Shown here piece after piece: positions 8,915 to 19,971 of a stretch of 64,000 nt of DNA. The DNA comes from Candidatus Moraniibacteriota bacterium. GTDB lineage: Bacteria; Patescibacteriota; Minisyncoccia; Moranbacterales; GWC2-37-73. Made by a program: the position numbers and the translations under genes. The DNA lies in NCBI GenBank assembly GCA_003507445.1, contig DNVR01000019.1, positions 142,132-206,131 on the forward strand, read 5' to 3'. Under the pieces are notes generated by a model. The model was given only the letters and a program-made list of their open reading frames with translations. It was not told the DNA's origin and ran no database searches. The first letter of the stretch is position 1. Every line of letters starts with the position of its first letter.

Positions 8915-10675
8915 TTATTTCTTTTCCTTAATTTCTTTTAACATTTTTTCGATGAATTCGTCAACTGGGAGGGTTTGTTGTTCTTTGGTTCCGCGAGTTC
9001 GAATTGCTACTGTTTTGTCATTAACTTCTTTTTCTCCAACCACAATAATATACGGAGTTTTCATTTTTTCAGCCAAGGAAATTCTTTTTCCAAGTGATTC
9101 AGCTTGATCATACATTTCAATTCTGATTTCATTTTCCAATAATTTATTCTTAATTTCTTCGGCATAATCTGCAAATTTTTCAGAAATTGGCAGAACGGCA
9201 ACTTGAACAGGGGAAAGCCAAAGTGGAAATGCTCCAGCAAAGTGTTCGATGAGGAGCATCATAAATCTTTCGTAGGATCCCAAAATTGCTCGATGCACCA
9301 TAACTGGAGAAGATTTTCCTCCTTCGTTATTGGTATATTCCAACTCAAATCTCTTTGGAGTAGCAAAATCAAGTTGTACTGTTGGAATTTGAATTTCTTT
9401 GCCAAGAGAATCTTGAAACATAAAATCTAATTTTGGACCATAAAGCGCAGCTTCTCCTTCGTGCTTAACAGCATTTAGACCCATTTCATCTGAAATGTCC
9501 TGGAGCATTTTTTCGCAAACATCCCAATCAGCAGCTTCGCCAATATATTTTTCTGGATGAGCATAATCTCGCACTGAAAGTGAAACACTGTGATTTTCCC
9601 ACATTCCCAATGAAGTATAAAAATTTTGGATAATTTCTACCATATTTTTTACTTCTTGCTTGACTTGATCGACAGTGCAGAAACTGTGACCATCTTCAAC
9701 TGTGATTGCAATTACACGTTGAAGGCCACCAATTTCTCCGGGCTTTTCATCGCGATATTGCTTTTCACTTTCCATATAACGAATAGGAAGGTCTCGATAT
9801 GAACGAGCTTTGGAAGCAAAAATTTGAGTTTGATGCGGGCATTGCACTGGTTTCATCACATAATTTTGCTTGTAATGTGATGTCACTTGAAAAAGTTCAT
9901 CTCCAAATTTCTGAGCATGTCCTGATTTTTCATATAAATCTATTTTAGCCAAGTGAGGAGTTGAAACTTTTTGAAAACCGTATCCTCGGCAAACTTTTTC
10001 AATATGCTTTTGCAATTCGTCTTTGATAATGGTTCCGTTTGGAGTAAAAAGTGGAAGCCCTGGTCCAACTAAATCTGAAAAACAAAACAAATCTAATTCT
10101 TTGCCAAGTTTTCTATGATCTCTTTTTGCTGCTTCTTCAACAAGGTGGAAATAATTTTTGAGTCCTTCTTTATTTTCAAATACTACTCCATAAATTCTTT
10201 GTAGTTGTTGTTTTTCGGCATCTCCTTTCCAATATGCTCCAGAAATTTTTGTGAGTGCAAAAGCATTGTGCTGAATTTTGCCAGTTGATTCGATGTGTGG
10301 TCCAGAGCAGAGATCCACAAAATGTCCAGATTTATAAATTGTTACAGTTTCATTTCCAGTCTTATGAAGATCATCAATAAGTTCCAGTTTTAAAGTTTGA
10401 TCAAGCTCTTTGAATTTTTCCAATGCCTGCTCAACAGAAACATCAGCTTTTTCAAATGCGTGGTTTGCTTTTATTATTGCTTTCATTTTTTCTTCCAATA
10501 ATGGAAGATCTTCCGGAATCAAAGTTCGTGGAAGCTCAAAATCATAATAAAAACCATTTTCCACAGCCGGTCCAATTCCAAATTTTGCCTCTGGAAACAT
10601 TTCCAAAACAGCAGCAGCTAAGATGTGAGCAGTAGAGTGGCGGAGCAATTCAAGATTTTTCGTGTCGTTTTTCAT
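8915..10675 (-). CDS. thrS: Threonyl-tRNA synthetase (short form lacking N-terminal TGS domain)
   Basis: RHSTAHILAAAVLEMFPEAKFGIGPAVENGFYYDF second-additional-domain motif, class II core motifs and anticodon-binding domain. Length 586 aa. Confidence 0.9.
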   Translation of the reverse strand: MKNDTKNLELLRHSTAHILAAAVLEMFPEAKFGIGPAVENGFYYDFELPRTLIPEDLPLLEEKMKAIIKANHAFEKADVSVEQALEKFKELDQTLKLELIDDLHKTGNETVTIYKSGHFVDLCSGPHIESTGKIQHNAFALTKISGAYWKGDAEKQQLQRIYGVVFENKEGLKNYFHLVEEAAKRDHRKLGKELDLFCFSDLVGPGLPLFTPNGTIIKDELQKHIEKVCRGYGFQKVSTPHLAKIDLYEKSGHAQKFGDELFQVTSHYKQNYVMKPVQCPHQTQIFASKARSYRDLPIRYMESEKQYRDEKPGEIGGLQRVIAITVEDGHSFCTVDQVKQEVKNMVEIIQNFYTSLGMWENHSVSLSVRDYAHPEKYIGEAADWDVCEKMLQDISDEMGLNAVKHEGEAALYGPKLDFMFQDSLGKEIQIPTVQLDFATPKRFELEYTNNEGGKSSPVMVHRAILGSYERFMMLLIEHFAGAFPLWLSPVQVAVLPISEKFADYAEEIKNKLLENEIRIEMYDQAESLGKRISLAEKMKTPYIIVVGEKEVNDKTVAIRTRGTKEQQTLPVDEFIEKMLKEIKEKK

Positions 10676-11126
10676 AAAAATAAAGTTAATGATTTATATA
10701 CTATTTTTAATTCCTAATTCCTAATTTCTAATATCTAATAAAATCTTAATTTCAAATGCCAAAATTTAGTCATTAAAAATTGGAAATTGTTTAGAAATTA
10801 GAAATTAGAAATTAGAAATTTTGATTCTAAATAAAAAAATACTCAAACAATACAGAAGAAACAATTAATGTTTCCGCATCGAGACTCTATCTGACGATAG
10901 GGTGGTTCCACTCGATTTCCCGTATTATTTGGGCACTTTGTGCGCTTATTCGCAAGCAGCTTAACCGGAAGCCTGTGCGCGGGTTGGTAAGCCGCAGCTC
11001 CATTTGATTGTATTTCAAGTATAGATAATTATTATAAAAAGTCAATATCTTTATTCTCCTGTTGCATTTTTTTGATAGTATGTTTGAATGATCGCAGTTG
11101 TTTAAAGTTATTTTGCAAGGGGCATT

Positions 11127-11453
11127 ATGAGTGAGTTAGGTAGTAATGCAATTGGAAGTGTTCTTTTGACTCTGATAAGAGGTGAAATGTCACCTGTGCC
11201 AATGAGCATTGTGACGGAGTGTGGAAAAAGCTTTTTGGGAATGGAATTTTATGAAGGTTCGGGAGAGATAAGGGAGGGAGCTGATGGAGATATTGCTGAA
11301 ATTATTTTTTTAGCGATGGGATTGGATGGTGATAGGGGATATTTTCGCTGGCTGAAGTTTGGAGAAACTGCTCAATTTCAATCGCCCGTGAAATATTACA
11401 AAATCCTCGATATTGCAAGAATGAATATTGGTTATAAACCCCCTGGTTTTTAA
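11127..11453 (+). CDS. Hypothetical protein
   Basis: 108-aa ORF followed by a clear terminator; no domain recognised. Confidence 0.35.
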   Translation: MSELGSNAIGSVLLTLIRGEMSPVPMSIVTECGKSFLGMEFYEGSGEIREGADGDIAEIIFLAMGLDGDRGYFRWLKFGETAQFQSPVKYYKILDIARMNIGYKPPGF

Positions 11454-11472
11454 GTTTTCCTTCTGATATATG

Positions 11473-11518
11473 CCACTTATTTTTCAATTAAAATCTGGAA
11501 AATAAGTGGTTTTTTTTA
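11473..11518. terminator. Rho-independent terminator (ccacttatttt...aaaataagtgg + T8)
   Basis: 11-bp stem followed by tttttttt. Confidence 0.6.
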
Positions 11519-11534
11519 TTAAAATATATTATAT

Positions 11535-11562
11535 ATTACAATATTTCAGTATATTGTAATAT
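11535..11562. promoter_or_regulatory. Perfect 10-bp-arm palindrome attacaatat-N6-atattgtaat (operator-like) upstream of Nudix gene
   Basis: Seen directly. Lies between the terminator and a TTGCAC/TAGAAA promoter-like sequence. Confidence 0.35.
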
Positions 11563-11634
11563 TATTTTAGATATGCTAATTCTGGCATAGTTAGTAAAAA
11601 ATGCTTGCACATTTTTATATGTGTGCTAGAAATT

Positions 11635-12201
11635 ATGTATCCTAATAAAAAGGAGGTGAGTTCATTGAAAAAACAAAAAAGTCTTCCAGAGGCTGGAGTA
11701 GTTTTTGTAAAAGACGAAAATGGACGGTATTTTCTGGCGGAAAAAGTTATAGGTAGAGATGAAAATGAGGAAAAAATTGGAGAAGGTAGGTTAAATGGAC
11801 TTGGTGGCGGACGTAATCTAAAAGAAACTCAAAAAGAAGCCATAATAAGGGAAGCGCTAGAGGAGTATGGTTTTATTTTGCATAAAAAAAGTATACATTT
11901 GAAAGCTATAGTTTTTTGTTGCAATGAAAAAAATGACGGAAGTGTTTTTATATGTAAGCTGTATGTCTTTGTGGCAACCAAGTGGAAAGGAATAATCTCG
12001 GCTTCTGATGAAATGATCAATGGAGAGTGGTTTCTGAAAGAAGATGTTCCATATGATCAAATGATTGTAACCGACAAGGATTGGTTGCCATTTGTCTTTG
12101 ACGGAGAATCGCTCTATGCATGGGTTTTCTTGCGAAATTCACAACGTGAAAAAACCAGGGAAACACAAATTAAGTTCGTGAAAAATCTTTCTTGTACTTG
12201 A
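11635..12201 (+). CDS. Nudix hydrolase
   Basis: GLGGGRNLKETQKEAIIREALEEYGF is a perfect Nudix box (Gx5Ex7REUxEExGU). Alternative TTG start at 11665 sits 7 nt after the AAGGAGGTG SD. Confidence 0.75.
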   Translation: MYPNKKEVSSLKKQKSLPEAGVVFVKDENGRYFLAEKVIGRDENEEKIGEGRLNGLGGGRNLKETQKEAIIREALEEYGFILHKKSIHLKAIVFCCNEKNDGSVFICKLYVFVATKWKGIISASDEMINGEWFLKEDVPYDQMIVTDKDWLPFVFDGESLYAWVFLRNSQREKTRETQIKFVKNLSCT

Positions 12202-12238
12202 ATAAATCCGCATGTTTAAAAAGCATAGCGGATTTTTT

Positions 12239-15200
12239 TTAAGCTAGTTCAGCATTGCCACCGTTAACTATTGTTTTGATTTCGTCCAAAAGCGTTGGGC
12301 TGTGCTCGATGGAAAAAGGTGTTTCAAGTTTATTTTCTTGATGATGTAGAAATACTTTGCATTGTCCAGCGGTGCAAGTGTTGAAAAATTTTGATAAATT
12401 GTGAATTATCTCTGGTGTTGCATTTCGTGGCAGAGTAACTATTAATTTTCTCATTGCTTGTTTGGTTGAATTGTTGTCAATGGTTTGTTGATGATTGCCG
12501 CTGTCTCCACTTGGAGTGGGTGGTTCATTTTTATTATCATCATCTTCATCTTTCACGCCGTAAGTTTTTTTTGTTGCTTCAACGCGCAAATAATTTTCAA
12601 TTTCACCTCGATTGAGTTCCTTGGCTTCATCGACAATTAATTTGTAAACGCCATCCTTATCAGAAAGTCTACCTTCTGCAATAATCATCCTTTCTTCTTC
12701 CCAAACACTTCCAATGCGTTCAAGAACTTTTGGAAAAACCAAAACTTCAATTTTTCCTTTGGTATCTTCAAGCATCACAAAAAGCATGGTCTCTTGTCGT
12801 TTGGTTAAAATCTTTTGAATTTTTTGGATTACTCCACCGACAGCAATTTTTTGTCCAACCAGTTCAGGAGTTAATTTGTCGAGTGAAACTGCGACTTTGT
12901 CGATGTATGCTTGATATTCCTTAACGGGATGTCCACTGACGTAAAGCCCAAGCAATTCCTTTTCCCATTTCAATTGTTGTCTTTTTGAAGCAGGCTCAAC
13001 TTCTAGAAGAGGAACTTGCGGAGTTTCCAAAATAGCCTCTCCAAACAAACTTACTTGGTTTGAATTTTTTGATTTCTGCACACTTTTTGTGAACATCAGA
13101 ATTTGTTCCATACTTTCCACGATTTGATTTCGTTCTCCGAGTTCATCAAGTGCTCCAACTTTTGCCAGAGCGTCGATGGATTTTTTGTTGAGATCTTTTG
13201 TTTCGACGCGTTCCAAGAAATCGCCAAGTGATTTGAATTTTCCATTTCTTTTTCTTTCTTTCACAATCTCACTGGCAATCACGTGACCAACATTTTTAAT
13301 GGCATTAAATCCAAAGCGAATGCTTTCAGTTCCGTCTGCTGCTGTGATCACGGCAAAATCTTCAAAACTTTCGTTTACATTTGGCGCAAGAACTTTAATG
13401 CCCATATCGTGACATTCAGCTGCTTCGATTGCAATGCGATCAATGTTATCCTGATCTGATGTTTGCAGGGCTGCCATAAAAGCAGCAGGGTAATGAGCTT
13501 TGAGATATGCTGTTTGATATCCGATGATGGCATAACAAGCTGCGTGAGAGCGATTGAAACCATAACCAGCAAATGGTTCGATGAAGGAAAAAACTTTTTC
13601 AGCAATTTCTTTTGTGCTTCCATTGGCAATGCAGCCTTCCACGAATTTTATTTTTTGTTCCTTAATCAATTCAAAGATTTTCTTTCCCATTGCTTTTCGA
13701 AGCACATCAGCTTCGCCCATAGTAAATCCTGCCAAATCGCGAGCAATTTGCATAACTTGTTCTTGATATACGGCCACACCATAGGTATTTTTCAAAATTG
13801 GCTCAAGCTTCGGATGAACATATTTTATTTTTCGTCCGTGTTTGCCGGAAATAAAATCAGGAATCCAATCCATCGGTCCTGGACGATACAATGCCACCAT
13901 TGCAATGATATCTTCAATGACTGTTGGTTTTAGCATCTTGAGGTAACGTTTCATTCCGGAACTTTCCAATTGAAAAACTCCAGTCGTTCGCGCTTCTTGC
14001 AAAAGTTCATATGTCTTAGCATCATCAATAGGAATGGTATCAATATCGATGTCGATGCCTTTGGTTTTTTTGACAATGCGGAGTGTGTTTTGGATGATGG
14101 TAAGATTTTTTAATCCCAAAAAGTCCATCTTGAGTAATCCAATTTTTTCCACATAAGAAGATTTGGTTGAAGATGAATATTGAGTCACGGTGCCTTCACG
14201 CGACCCCGTGATGTTTTGAATAGGGGAATAATACGTTACAGGTTCTTTTGTGATTACAACTCCGCAAGCATGCATTCCGGCGTGCCTGATCACACCTTCC
14301 AATCGCATCGCACTATCAATTAATTTTCGAGCATCAGCGCTTCCATTGTAATGGTCTTTAAATTCAGGCACTTCCTCTAGCGCTTTTTTGATGGAAGTGA
14401 ACATCGGAATCATCTGGGAAGTTTTGTTGCAAAAATCATAGGGGATACCCAGCGCTCTGCCAGTGTCTCGAATAGCAGCGCGAGCCGCCATAGTTCCAAA
14501 AGTGATAATTTGCGAAACGTGATCGTTGCCATATTTTTGGCGCACATAGTTTAAAACATCTTCTCGTCTGTCGTCGGCAAAATCCATATCGACATCGGGC
14601 ATTGAAACGCGTTCTGGATTAAGAAATCGTTCGAAAAGCAAATTATATTCAATTGGATCAACATTTGTAATTCCGGTCAGATAGGAAACGAAACTTCCTG
14701 CGGCGCTTCCGCGTCCTGGTCCAACCACAATTCCATTGGCACGTGCCCAGTTAACAAAATCTTGCACAATCAAAAAGTATGATCCATATCCGCATTTTTC
14801 AATAACAGAAAGTTCATAATCCATACGCGTGCGATGAATGTCTGTGATATTTTCGCCATATTTTTTCTTGAGACCTGTTTCGCAAAGTTCAATCAAATAT
14901 GACATATCAGTGTGACCTTCGGGCACATCGAAATGGGGAAGTTGTGTTTCTCCCATTTTTATTTTGAAATCACACTGATCAACCACGAGCTGGGTGTTGG
15001 AAAGCACTTCAGGATTGTCAGGAAAACCAGCTAAGACTTCCTCAGGACTGCGCAGGGATAAATCAAAATCCATCAAATTCATACGATCAGACTCGTATAC
15101 CTTGCGGTTGGTTTGTACACAAAGCAAGATGTCCTGCGCGCTGGCATCTTCTTTGTTGACGTAATGCACGTCATTAGTAGCGACAACTGGGATACCTAGT

Positions 15201-15796
15201 TCCTTGCCTAGTTTAAAAATTCCTTCATTAGCAATTGCTTGATTGGCAAATTTTGCATGACTTTGGACTTCTAGAAAAAAACCATTTTCATCAAAGATAT
15301 CCCTGTATTCCAATGCCAACTCCTTAGCTTTGTCATAATTTCCCATAATTATTTGGGCTGGAATTTCTCCTTCTAAACACGCACTCAGGCCAATTAACCC
15401 TTTGGCATGTTTTCTTAAAAGCTTGCGATCAATACGTGGCTTGTAATAAAAACCATCCAAGTGTGCAACAGAAACAAGTTTCATAAGATTGTGATAACCA
15501 ACCTCGTCTTTTACGAGCAAAATCAAATGGTATCTTTTGCGGTTTTCAGCTGTGGCGTCCTTGGAAGTGTAATCGCCGGCAGTCACATACATTTCGCAGC
15601 CAATGATAGCTTTGATTCCTTTTTCTTTGGCCTTGATAAAAAGTTCCACCGCACCATACATCACGCCATGATCAGTCAGAGCGATTGATTCCATTCCTAA
15701 TTCCTTGGCGCGATCAAGCAGATCATCGACTTTGCCGAGACCATCAAGAAGACTGTAGTGGGAATGGACGTGGAGATGAGTATACTTTAGAGACAT
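12239..15796 (-). CDS. dnaE: DNA polymerase III alpha subunit
   Basis: N-terminal PHP domain (LHVHSHYSLLDGLGK), polymerase core and OB fold. Length 1185 aa. Confidence 0.92.
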   Translation of the reverse strand: MSLKYTHLHVHSHYSLLDGLGKVDDLLDRAKELGMESIALTDHGVMYGAVELFIKAKEKGIKAIIGCEMYVTAGDYTSKDATAENRKRYHLILLVKDEVGYHNLMKLVSVAHLDGFYYKPRIDRKLLRKHAKGLIGLSACLEGEIPAQIIMGNYDKAKELALEYRDIFDENGFFLEVQSHAKFANQAIANEGIFKLGKELGIPVVATNDVHYVNKEDASAQDILLCVQTNRKVYESDRMNLMDFDLSLRSPEEVLAGFPDNPEVLSNTQLVVDQCDFKIKMGETQLPHFDVPEGHTDMSYLIELCETGLKKKYGENITDIHRTRMDYELSVIEKCGYGSYFLIVQDFVNWARANGIVVGPGRGSAAGSFVSYLTGITNVDPIEYNLLFERFLNPERVSMPDVDMDFADDRREDVLNYVRQKYGNDHVSQIITFGTMAARAAIRDTGRALGIPYDFCNKTSQMIPMFTSIKKALEEVPEFKDHYNGSADARKLIDSAMRLEGVIRHAGMHACGVVITKEPVTYYSPIQNITGSREGTVTQYSSSTKSSYVEKIGLLKMDFLGLKNLTIIQNTLRIVKKTKGIDIDIDTIPIDDAKTYELLQEARTTGVFQLESSGMKRYLKMLKPTVIEDIIAMVALYRPGPMDWIPDFISGKHGRKIKYVHPKLEPILKNTYGVAVYQEQVMQIARDLAGFTMGEADVLRKAMGKKIFELIKEQKIKFVEGCIANGSTKEIAEKVFSFIEPFAGYGFNRSHAACYAIIGYQTAYLKAHYPAAFMAALQTSDQDNIDRIAIEAAECHDMGIKVLAPNVNESFEDFAVITAADGTESIRFGFNAIKNVGHVIASEIVKERKRNGKFKSLGDFLERVETKDLNKKSIDALAKVGALDELGERNQIVESMEQILMFTKSVQKSKNSNQVSLFGEAILETPQVPLLEVEPASKRQQLKWEKELLGLYVSGHPVKEYQAYIDKVAVSLDKLTPELVGQKIAVGGVIQKIQKILTKRQETMLFVMLEDTKGKIEVLVFPKVLERIGSVWEEERMIIAEGRLSDKDGVYKLIVDEAKELNRGEIENYLRVEATKKTYGVKDEDDDNKNEPPTPSGDSGNHQQTIDNNSTKQAMRKLIVTLPRNATPEIIHNLSKFFNTCTAGQCKVFLHHQENKLETPFSIEHSPTLLDEIKTIVNGGNAELA

Positions 15797-16334
15797 AAAT
15801 GAATTTGTGATTTAAAAACAGATCTAAATTTCTAATATCTAATTTCCAATATCTAATTAAATTCTAATTTCAAAGTTTTAAACATTAGACATTTGAAATT
15901 TATTGGGAATTAGAAATTAGGAATTAGAAATTAAAAAACCTCACTATAAATAGTGGGCTATAAAATACAGATATTAAAATGTTGAAATTTAATCTTGTTC
16001 ATATGTTTATGTTATCTTCATCTCCCAGGGACAAAGCCATTGGGTTTTGCAAGATATTTTAATAAATCTATGTTAGCATATTTTTTGAAAAAAGAAAACA
16101 TAGTAGTTTAGGACTTACGCTTTTTCTCAACAATTTCTTATTTGGCACGCTTTTGGATGAATACTCAATATCCAAAAGCTCAAAGAGTCGCTGTCGCCGA
16201 CTATTGTCCAAAAAAGAAATGTTTCGAAATGCGTAACTTTTGAAACAGTTCAAAACCTGAAAGTGGATAACTTTTCTTGTAAATATGGTATAATTTAACT
16301 ATTAAGATGGATATTTAAATAGTGGGGTTGTTTA

Positions 16335-16628
16335 ATGTTGGGCATAGATTATAAAAATATGATATTGGGAAAAATTTTTGCCGCAAGTGCTTTAATTGCA
16401 ATAGTTTTAACTTTTTTTGTTGGATACTGGCAAGCTAATTTTCAATTAAATCGGCAAAAGAAGGAAATGGTTGAAATGTCAAAACAGGGAACATTGGGCG
16501 AAATCGAAGCTAGTGGTGGATTTCCTTTAAAGTTTTTTGGTTACGGACTTGCTCAGAAATTTAATGTATTAAATTTTGTGGTAGATATTGTTTTAATGAC
16601 AGTGGTTATTTTTGTGATTCTAAAATAA
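16335..16628 (+). CDS. Hypothetical small membrane protein
   Basis: Two hydrophobic segments; 97 aa. Confidence 0.35.
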   Translation: MLGIDYKNMILGKIFAASALIAIVLTFFVGYWQANFQLNRQKKEMVEMSKQGTLGEIEASGGFPLKFFGYGLAQKFNVLNFVVDIVLMTVVIFVILK

Positions 16629-16765
16629 ATATGAGAACTTTTTGTATCGCTATAATTTTTGTTGTTGCTGTGCAAATTGTTTTCTTTGTGGTATAATTTA
16701 TACGTAAGTTTTAAAAGACTTCAGTTGAATATTGCGCCCTGCACAGTTCAACAAAGTAAACAAAA

Positions 16766-17320
16766 ATGAATAAAAAAATAGCAAGTGAACTTGCAATCGG
16801 AGTGATTTTATTGGCAGCAGTTATTGTCGGAGGAATTTTCTTGGCTCAGGATGTGCGCCAAAGTTTTTTTGGTGGTGCTGCTAAGGGAGAAAATAAACAA
16901 GTGGCTGCGCCAATCAAGCCGGTAGCGCAACCGGAAAAAAAGCAACAGGCAGCTGTTAATGATCCTGAAAATGGAAAATGTGTTGCAAAGCTGTATGAAG
17001 GAGAGGCATCATTGAGAGGCACATATGAATTAACAACAATTCCTGGTTCAACAAAAAAGGATTGGATGTTTAAAATTGTAAAAGAGGATATTGAAAAATT
17101 GCCAGACCCAGCTAAGGAAGAAAAAAATGGAATTATAAGTAGCCTGCTTTTTATTGAAGATTTGACTCCAGCATTAGCTGCAAAACTTAAAAAGGCCACC
17201 GAAGAGAAACCAGAGACAATAACCATAAAAGGATTCTATCTTGATTGTGAAGGTGTTTCAGTTGTCAGCATTGAGCCTGCGCGATTAGCATTGGCAAAAT
17301 ATATTAAAAAAACGAATTAA
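16766..17320 (+). CDS. Hypothetical membrane-anchored/secreted protein
   Basis: N-terminal TM/signal anchor (LAIGVILLAAVIVGGIFLA); no domain recognised. Confidence 0.4.
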   Translation: MNKKIASELAIGVILLAAVIVGGIFLAQDVRQSFFGGAAKGENKQVAAPIKPVAQPEKKQQAAVNDPENGKCVAKLYEGEASLRGTYELTTIPGSTKKDWMFKIVKEDIEKLPDPAKEEKNGIISSLLFIEDLTPALAAKLKKATEEKPETITIKGFYLDCEGVSVVSIEPARLALAKYIKKTN

Positions 17321-17413
17321 CGATGATCCATATTTGTTTTATGAAAAACACTGTCATTTATTGATAGTGTTTTTAAATTTGCATATGCGGCGGGCGGGCG
17401 GTATACTGCTTTT

Positions 17414-18109
17414 ATGGAAACTTCGACTTTTATTTTAGAAAAAGATTTTGCTAATCAGGGATTCACTCATATTATTGGAACTGATGAGGTTGGTCGTGGG
17501 CCGCTTTGTGGTCCTGTTTTGGCGTGCGCTGCAATGTTTAAGGATATTAATTTCGAAATTCCCGCTGATAAACAAAAGCAATTCGATCTTATTCGGGATT
17601 CTAAAAAAGTTTCAGAAAAACAGCGCGAAGAGATTTTTGATTTTATTAATGAGCATTTTTATATTGGCATCGGACTTTGCGACCATATAACAATTGACAG
17701 GATTAATATTTTGGAAGCTAGTTTTTTGTCAATGAAAAAAGCGGTTTCGGATTTGATCCGAAACAAGTCAAAAGTTGAAAGTCAAAAGTTGAAAGTTGAG
17801 GAAAGGATTATAATTCTCGTGGATGGGAATAAGGTTATTCCTAATCTCTCTATGGAGCAATATGCTGTGGTAGGAGGGGATAAATTGGTAAAATCCATTT
17901 CGGCAGCTTCAATTGTGGCAAAAGTGACGCGCGATCGGATGATGCAAGAAATGCACGTTAAATATCCACAATATGGCTTGGATAAGCATAAAGGTTATGG
18001 CACAAAGATGCATATGGACGCTCTGATTAAATATGGACCCTGTGAGATTCATCGAAAATCCTTTGCACCAGTCAAAAAAGCCTTAAACAGGGCAACTCTT
18101 GCCAGATAA
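17414..18109 (+). CDS. rnhB: Ribonuclease HII
   Basis: HIIGTDEVGRGPLCGPVLACAAM matches the RNase HII active-site N-terminus. Carries an in-frame repeat insert (KSKVESQKLKVEE). Confidence 0.88.
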   Translation: METSTFILEKDFANQGFTHIIGTDEVGRGPLCGPVLACAAMFKDINFEIPADKQKQFDLIRDSKKVSEKQREEIFDFINEHFYIGIGLCDHITIDRINILEASFLSMKKAVSDLIRNKSKVESQKLKVEERIIILVDGNKVIPNLSMEQYAVVGGDKLVKSISAASIVAKVTRDRMMQEMHVKYPQYGLDKHKGYGTKMHMDALIKYGPCEIHRKSFAPVKKALNRATLAR

Positions 18110-18230
18110 AAGATTGCGTGTTATCATAATCTTGATATTTTATAATTATATTTTGTGAAGCAAAGGACAAGGAAAAGACTGAAATATGCAGGACTTTTGA
18201 CTTTTGACTTTTGACTTTTGACTTAAACTA

Positions 18231-18428
18231 ATGTCAGTACCAAAACAACGTCACACTAAACAACGACGAGATGCCAAGCGTGATCGCTTTGCAATTGAAA
18301 CTGTAAAAACTCAAACTTGCACAAAATGTGGCAAGGAAAAACTTGCGCACAGAGTTTGCACTCACTGTGGATTTTACAAGGGAAATGAAGTTGTAAACAC
18401 AATCAAAAAAGTAGCAAAAAAGAAATAA
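18231..18428 (+). CDS. rpmF: 50S ribosomal protein L32
   Basis: MSVPKQRHTKQRRDAKR...CTKCGKEKLAHRVCTHCGFYKG is the L32 zinc-ribbon pattern. Confidence 0.85.
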   Translation: MSVPKQRHTKQRRDAKRDRFAIETVKTQTCTKCGKEKLAHRVCTHCGFYKGNEVVNTIKKVAKKK

Positions 18429-18519
18429 AAATAAACAATACGAATTAGTATGCGAATTAAATCCGAATTAAAAACGAATTCGGATAAGATTCGGATATAA
18501 TTTGGATTAATATTCGTAT

Positions 18520-19026
18520 ATGGCGAACAGGCACCTTCAAAGATCAGTAGCAATGCAGGCTCTTTTTGAGTGGGATTTTCAAGGTAAGCATGATGAACAA
18601 ATTTCTGATATTGTGGCGCGCAATGTCTCGGAATTTGCTCCGGGAATTGAGGACTGCGAATTTGTAAAAGCGCTTGCAAAAGGAACGCTTGAAAAACGAG
18701 CAACTATTGATGCACTGATTGAAAAATGTGCTCCTGAATGGCCGTTGGAACAAGTGACGATTATTGATCGCAACATTCTTCGCCTGGGGATATATGAACT
18801 TATGCATGGCAATTATGGTGAAGTTCCTCCAAAAGTTGCCATCAATGAATCTATTGAACTTGCCAAAACTTTTGGCGGCGAAAGTTCTGCCCGCTTTGTA
18901 AATGGTGTGCTGGGCACGATTTATCGCGAAATGGGCGAACCAATGAAAGATGATAGTACAAAAAAACACAAGGAAGTTGTGGAGACTGAGATTACGAAAG
19001 ACGAAAGTGTAAGTGCTGTTGAATAA
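18520..19026 (+). CDS. nusB: Transcription antitermination factor NusB
   Basis: [13 protein letters not shown]...[20 protein letters not shown] resembles NusB. Confidence 0.75.
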   Translation: MANRHLQRSVAMQALFEWDFQGKHDEQISDIVARNVSEFAPGIEDCEFVKALAKGTLEKRATIDALIEKCAPEWPLEQVTIIDRNILRLGIYELMHGNYGEVPPKVAINESIELAKTFGGESSARFVNGVLGTIYREMGEPMKDDSTKKHKEVVETEITKDESVSAVE

Positions 19027-19162
19027 TAAAATTTTTTAAATATCCAATTTCTAATTACCAATTTCTAATTAATTTCAAATTTCTCAATGTCTAAATTTTG
19101 ACATTAGGGTTTAAATTTTTTATTAGGAATTAGAAATTAGAAATTAGAAATTCTGAATTTCT

Positions 19163-19846
19163 ATGGTTGAATCTTTGGCTAAGAAAATTGGCATTAAATT
19201 TGATAATATTGAGTTGTTGCGTCAGGCAGTGACTCATCGCAGTTATTTGAATGAAAACAGGGATTATGCGCTTGACCACAATGAGCGTTTGGAATTTTTG
19301 GGTGATGCGGTTTTGGAACTTATTATTACTGAGCATTTGTACAATAATTATAAAAATCCAGAAGGGGAACTTACGAGTTGGCGCAGCGCGTTGGTAAATG
19401 GGGAAATGTTGGCAGTTGTTTCTCAAGAAATTGGTGTGGAAAAATATTTATTGATGAGTCGCGGAGAGGCAAAAGATAAGGGACGTGCTCGGCAATATTT
19501 GTTGGCCAATGCATTAGAGGCTATTATTGGCGCAGCATATCTTGATCAAGGTTATGATGTTACAAAAAAATTCGTGCTCAAAAATGTGGCCACAAAACTT
19601 AGTGAAATAATTGAGAAAAAACTATATCTTGATCCCAAGAGTTATTTTCAAGAGAAAGCACAGGAAAACAGTAAAGTAACACCATCATATCGGGTAATGA
19701 AAGAATGGGGACCTGATCATGATAAGCATTTTGTGGTGGGTGTGTATTTGGCAGATGAATTGGTTGCTGAAGGAGAAGGAAATTCAAAACAAGAAGCTCA
19801 GCGTGAAGCCGCCAGACTTGGGTTAGAAGCAAAAAGCTGGATCTAG
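19163..19846 (+). CDS. rnc: Ribonuclease III
   Basis: ERLEFLGDAVLELIITEHLY RNase III signature plus C-terminal dsRBD. Confidence 0.9.
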   Translation: MVESLAKKIGIKFDNIELLRQAVTHRSYLNENRDYALDHNERLEFLGDAVLELIITEHLYNNYKNPEGELTSWRSALVNGEMLAVVSQEIGVEKYLLMSRGEAKDKGRARQYLLANALEAIIGAAYLDQGYDVTKKFVLKNVATKLSEIIEKKLYLDPKSYFQEKAQENSKVTPSYRVMKEWGPDHDKHFVVGVYLADELVAEGEGNSKQEAQREAARLGLEAKSWI

Positions 19847-19971
19847 CCATATAGCACAAAACATATAGCATATATCAAAAAAGCAGAATTTAATTCTGTT
19901 TTTTTGTTTGTCCTTTATTATAAAAAAGAGTATAATTGAGGCGTAAAACAAAACTAATAATACAAAAAAAT

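Noticed and set aside
10861-11010. T-box leader regulating thrS
   Set aside because: The AGGGTGG-like core is on the plus strand whereas thrS is on the minus strand. The downstream plus-strand gene is a 108-aa hypothetical, not an aaRS. The specifier and antiterminator context could not be built.
13463-13933. Plus-strand ORFs inside dnaE (and similar antisense ORFs inside thrS, murA, prfA, mreB, the 874-aa gene)
   Set aside because: They are fully embedded antisense to long, clearly conserved genes and are typical AT-rich spurious frames.
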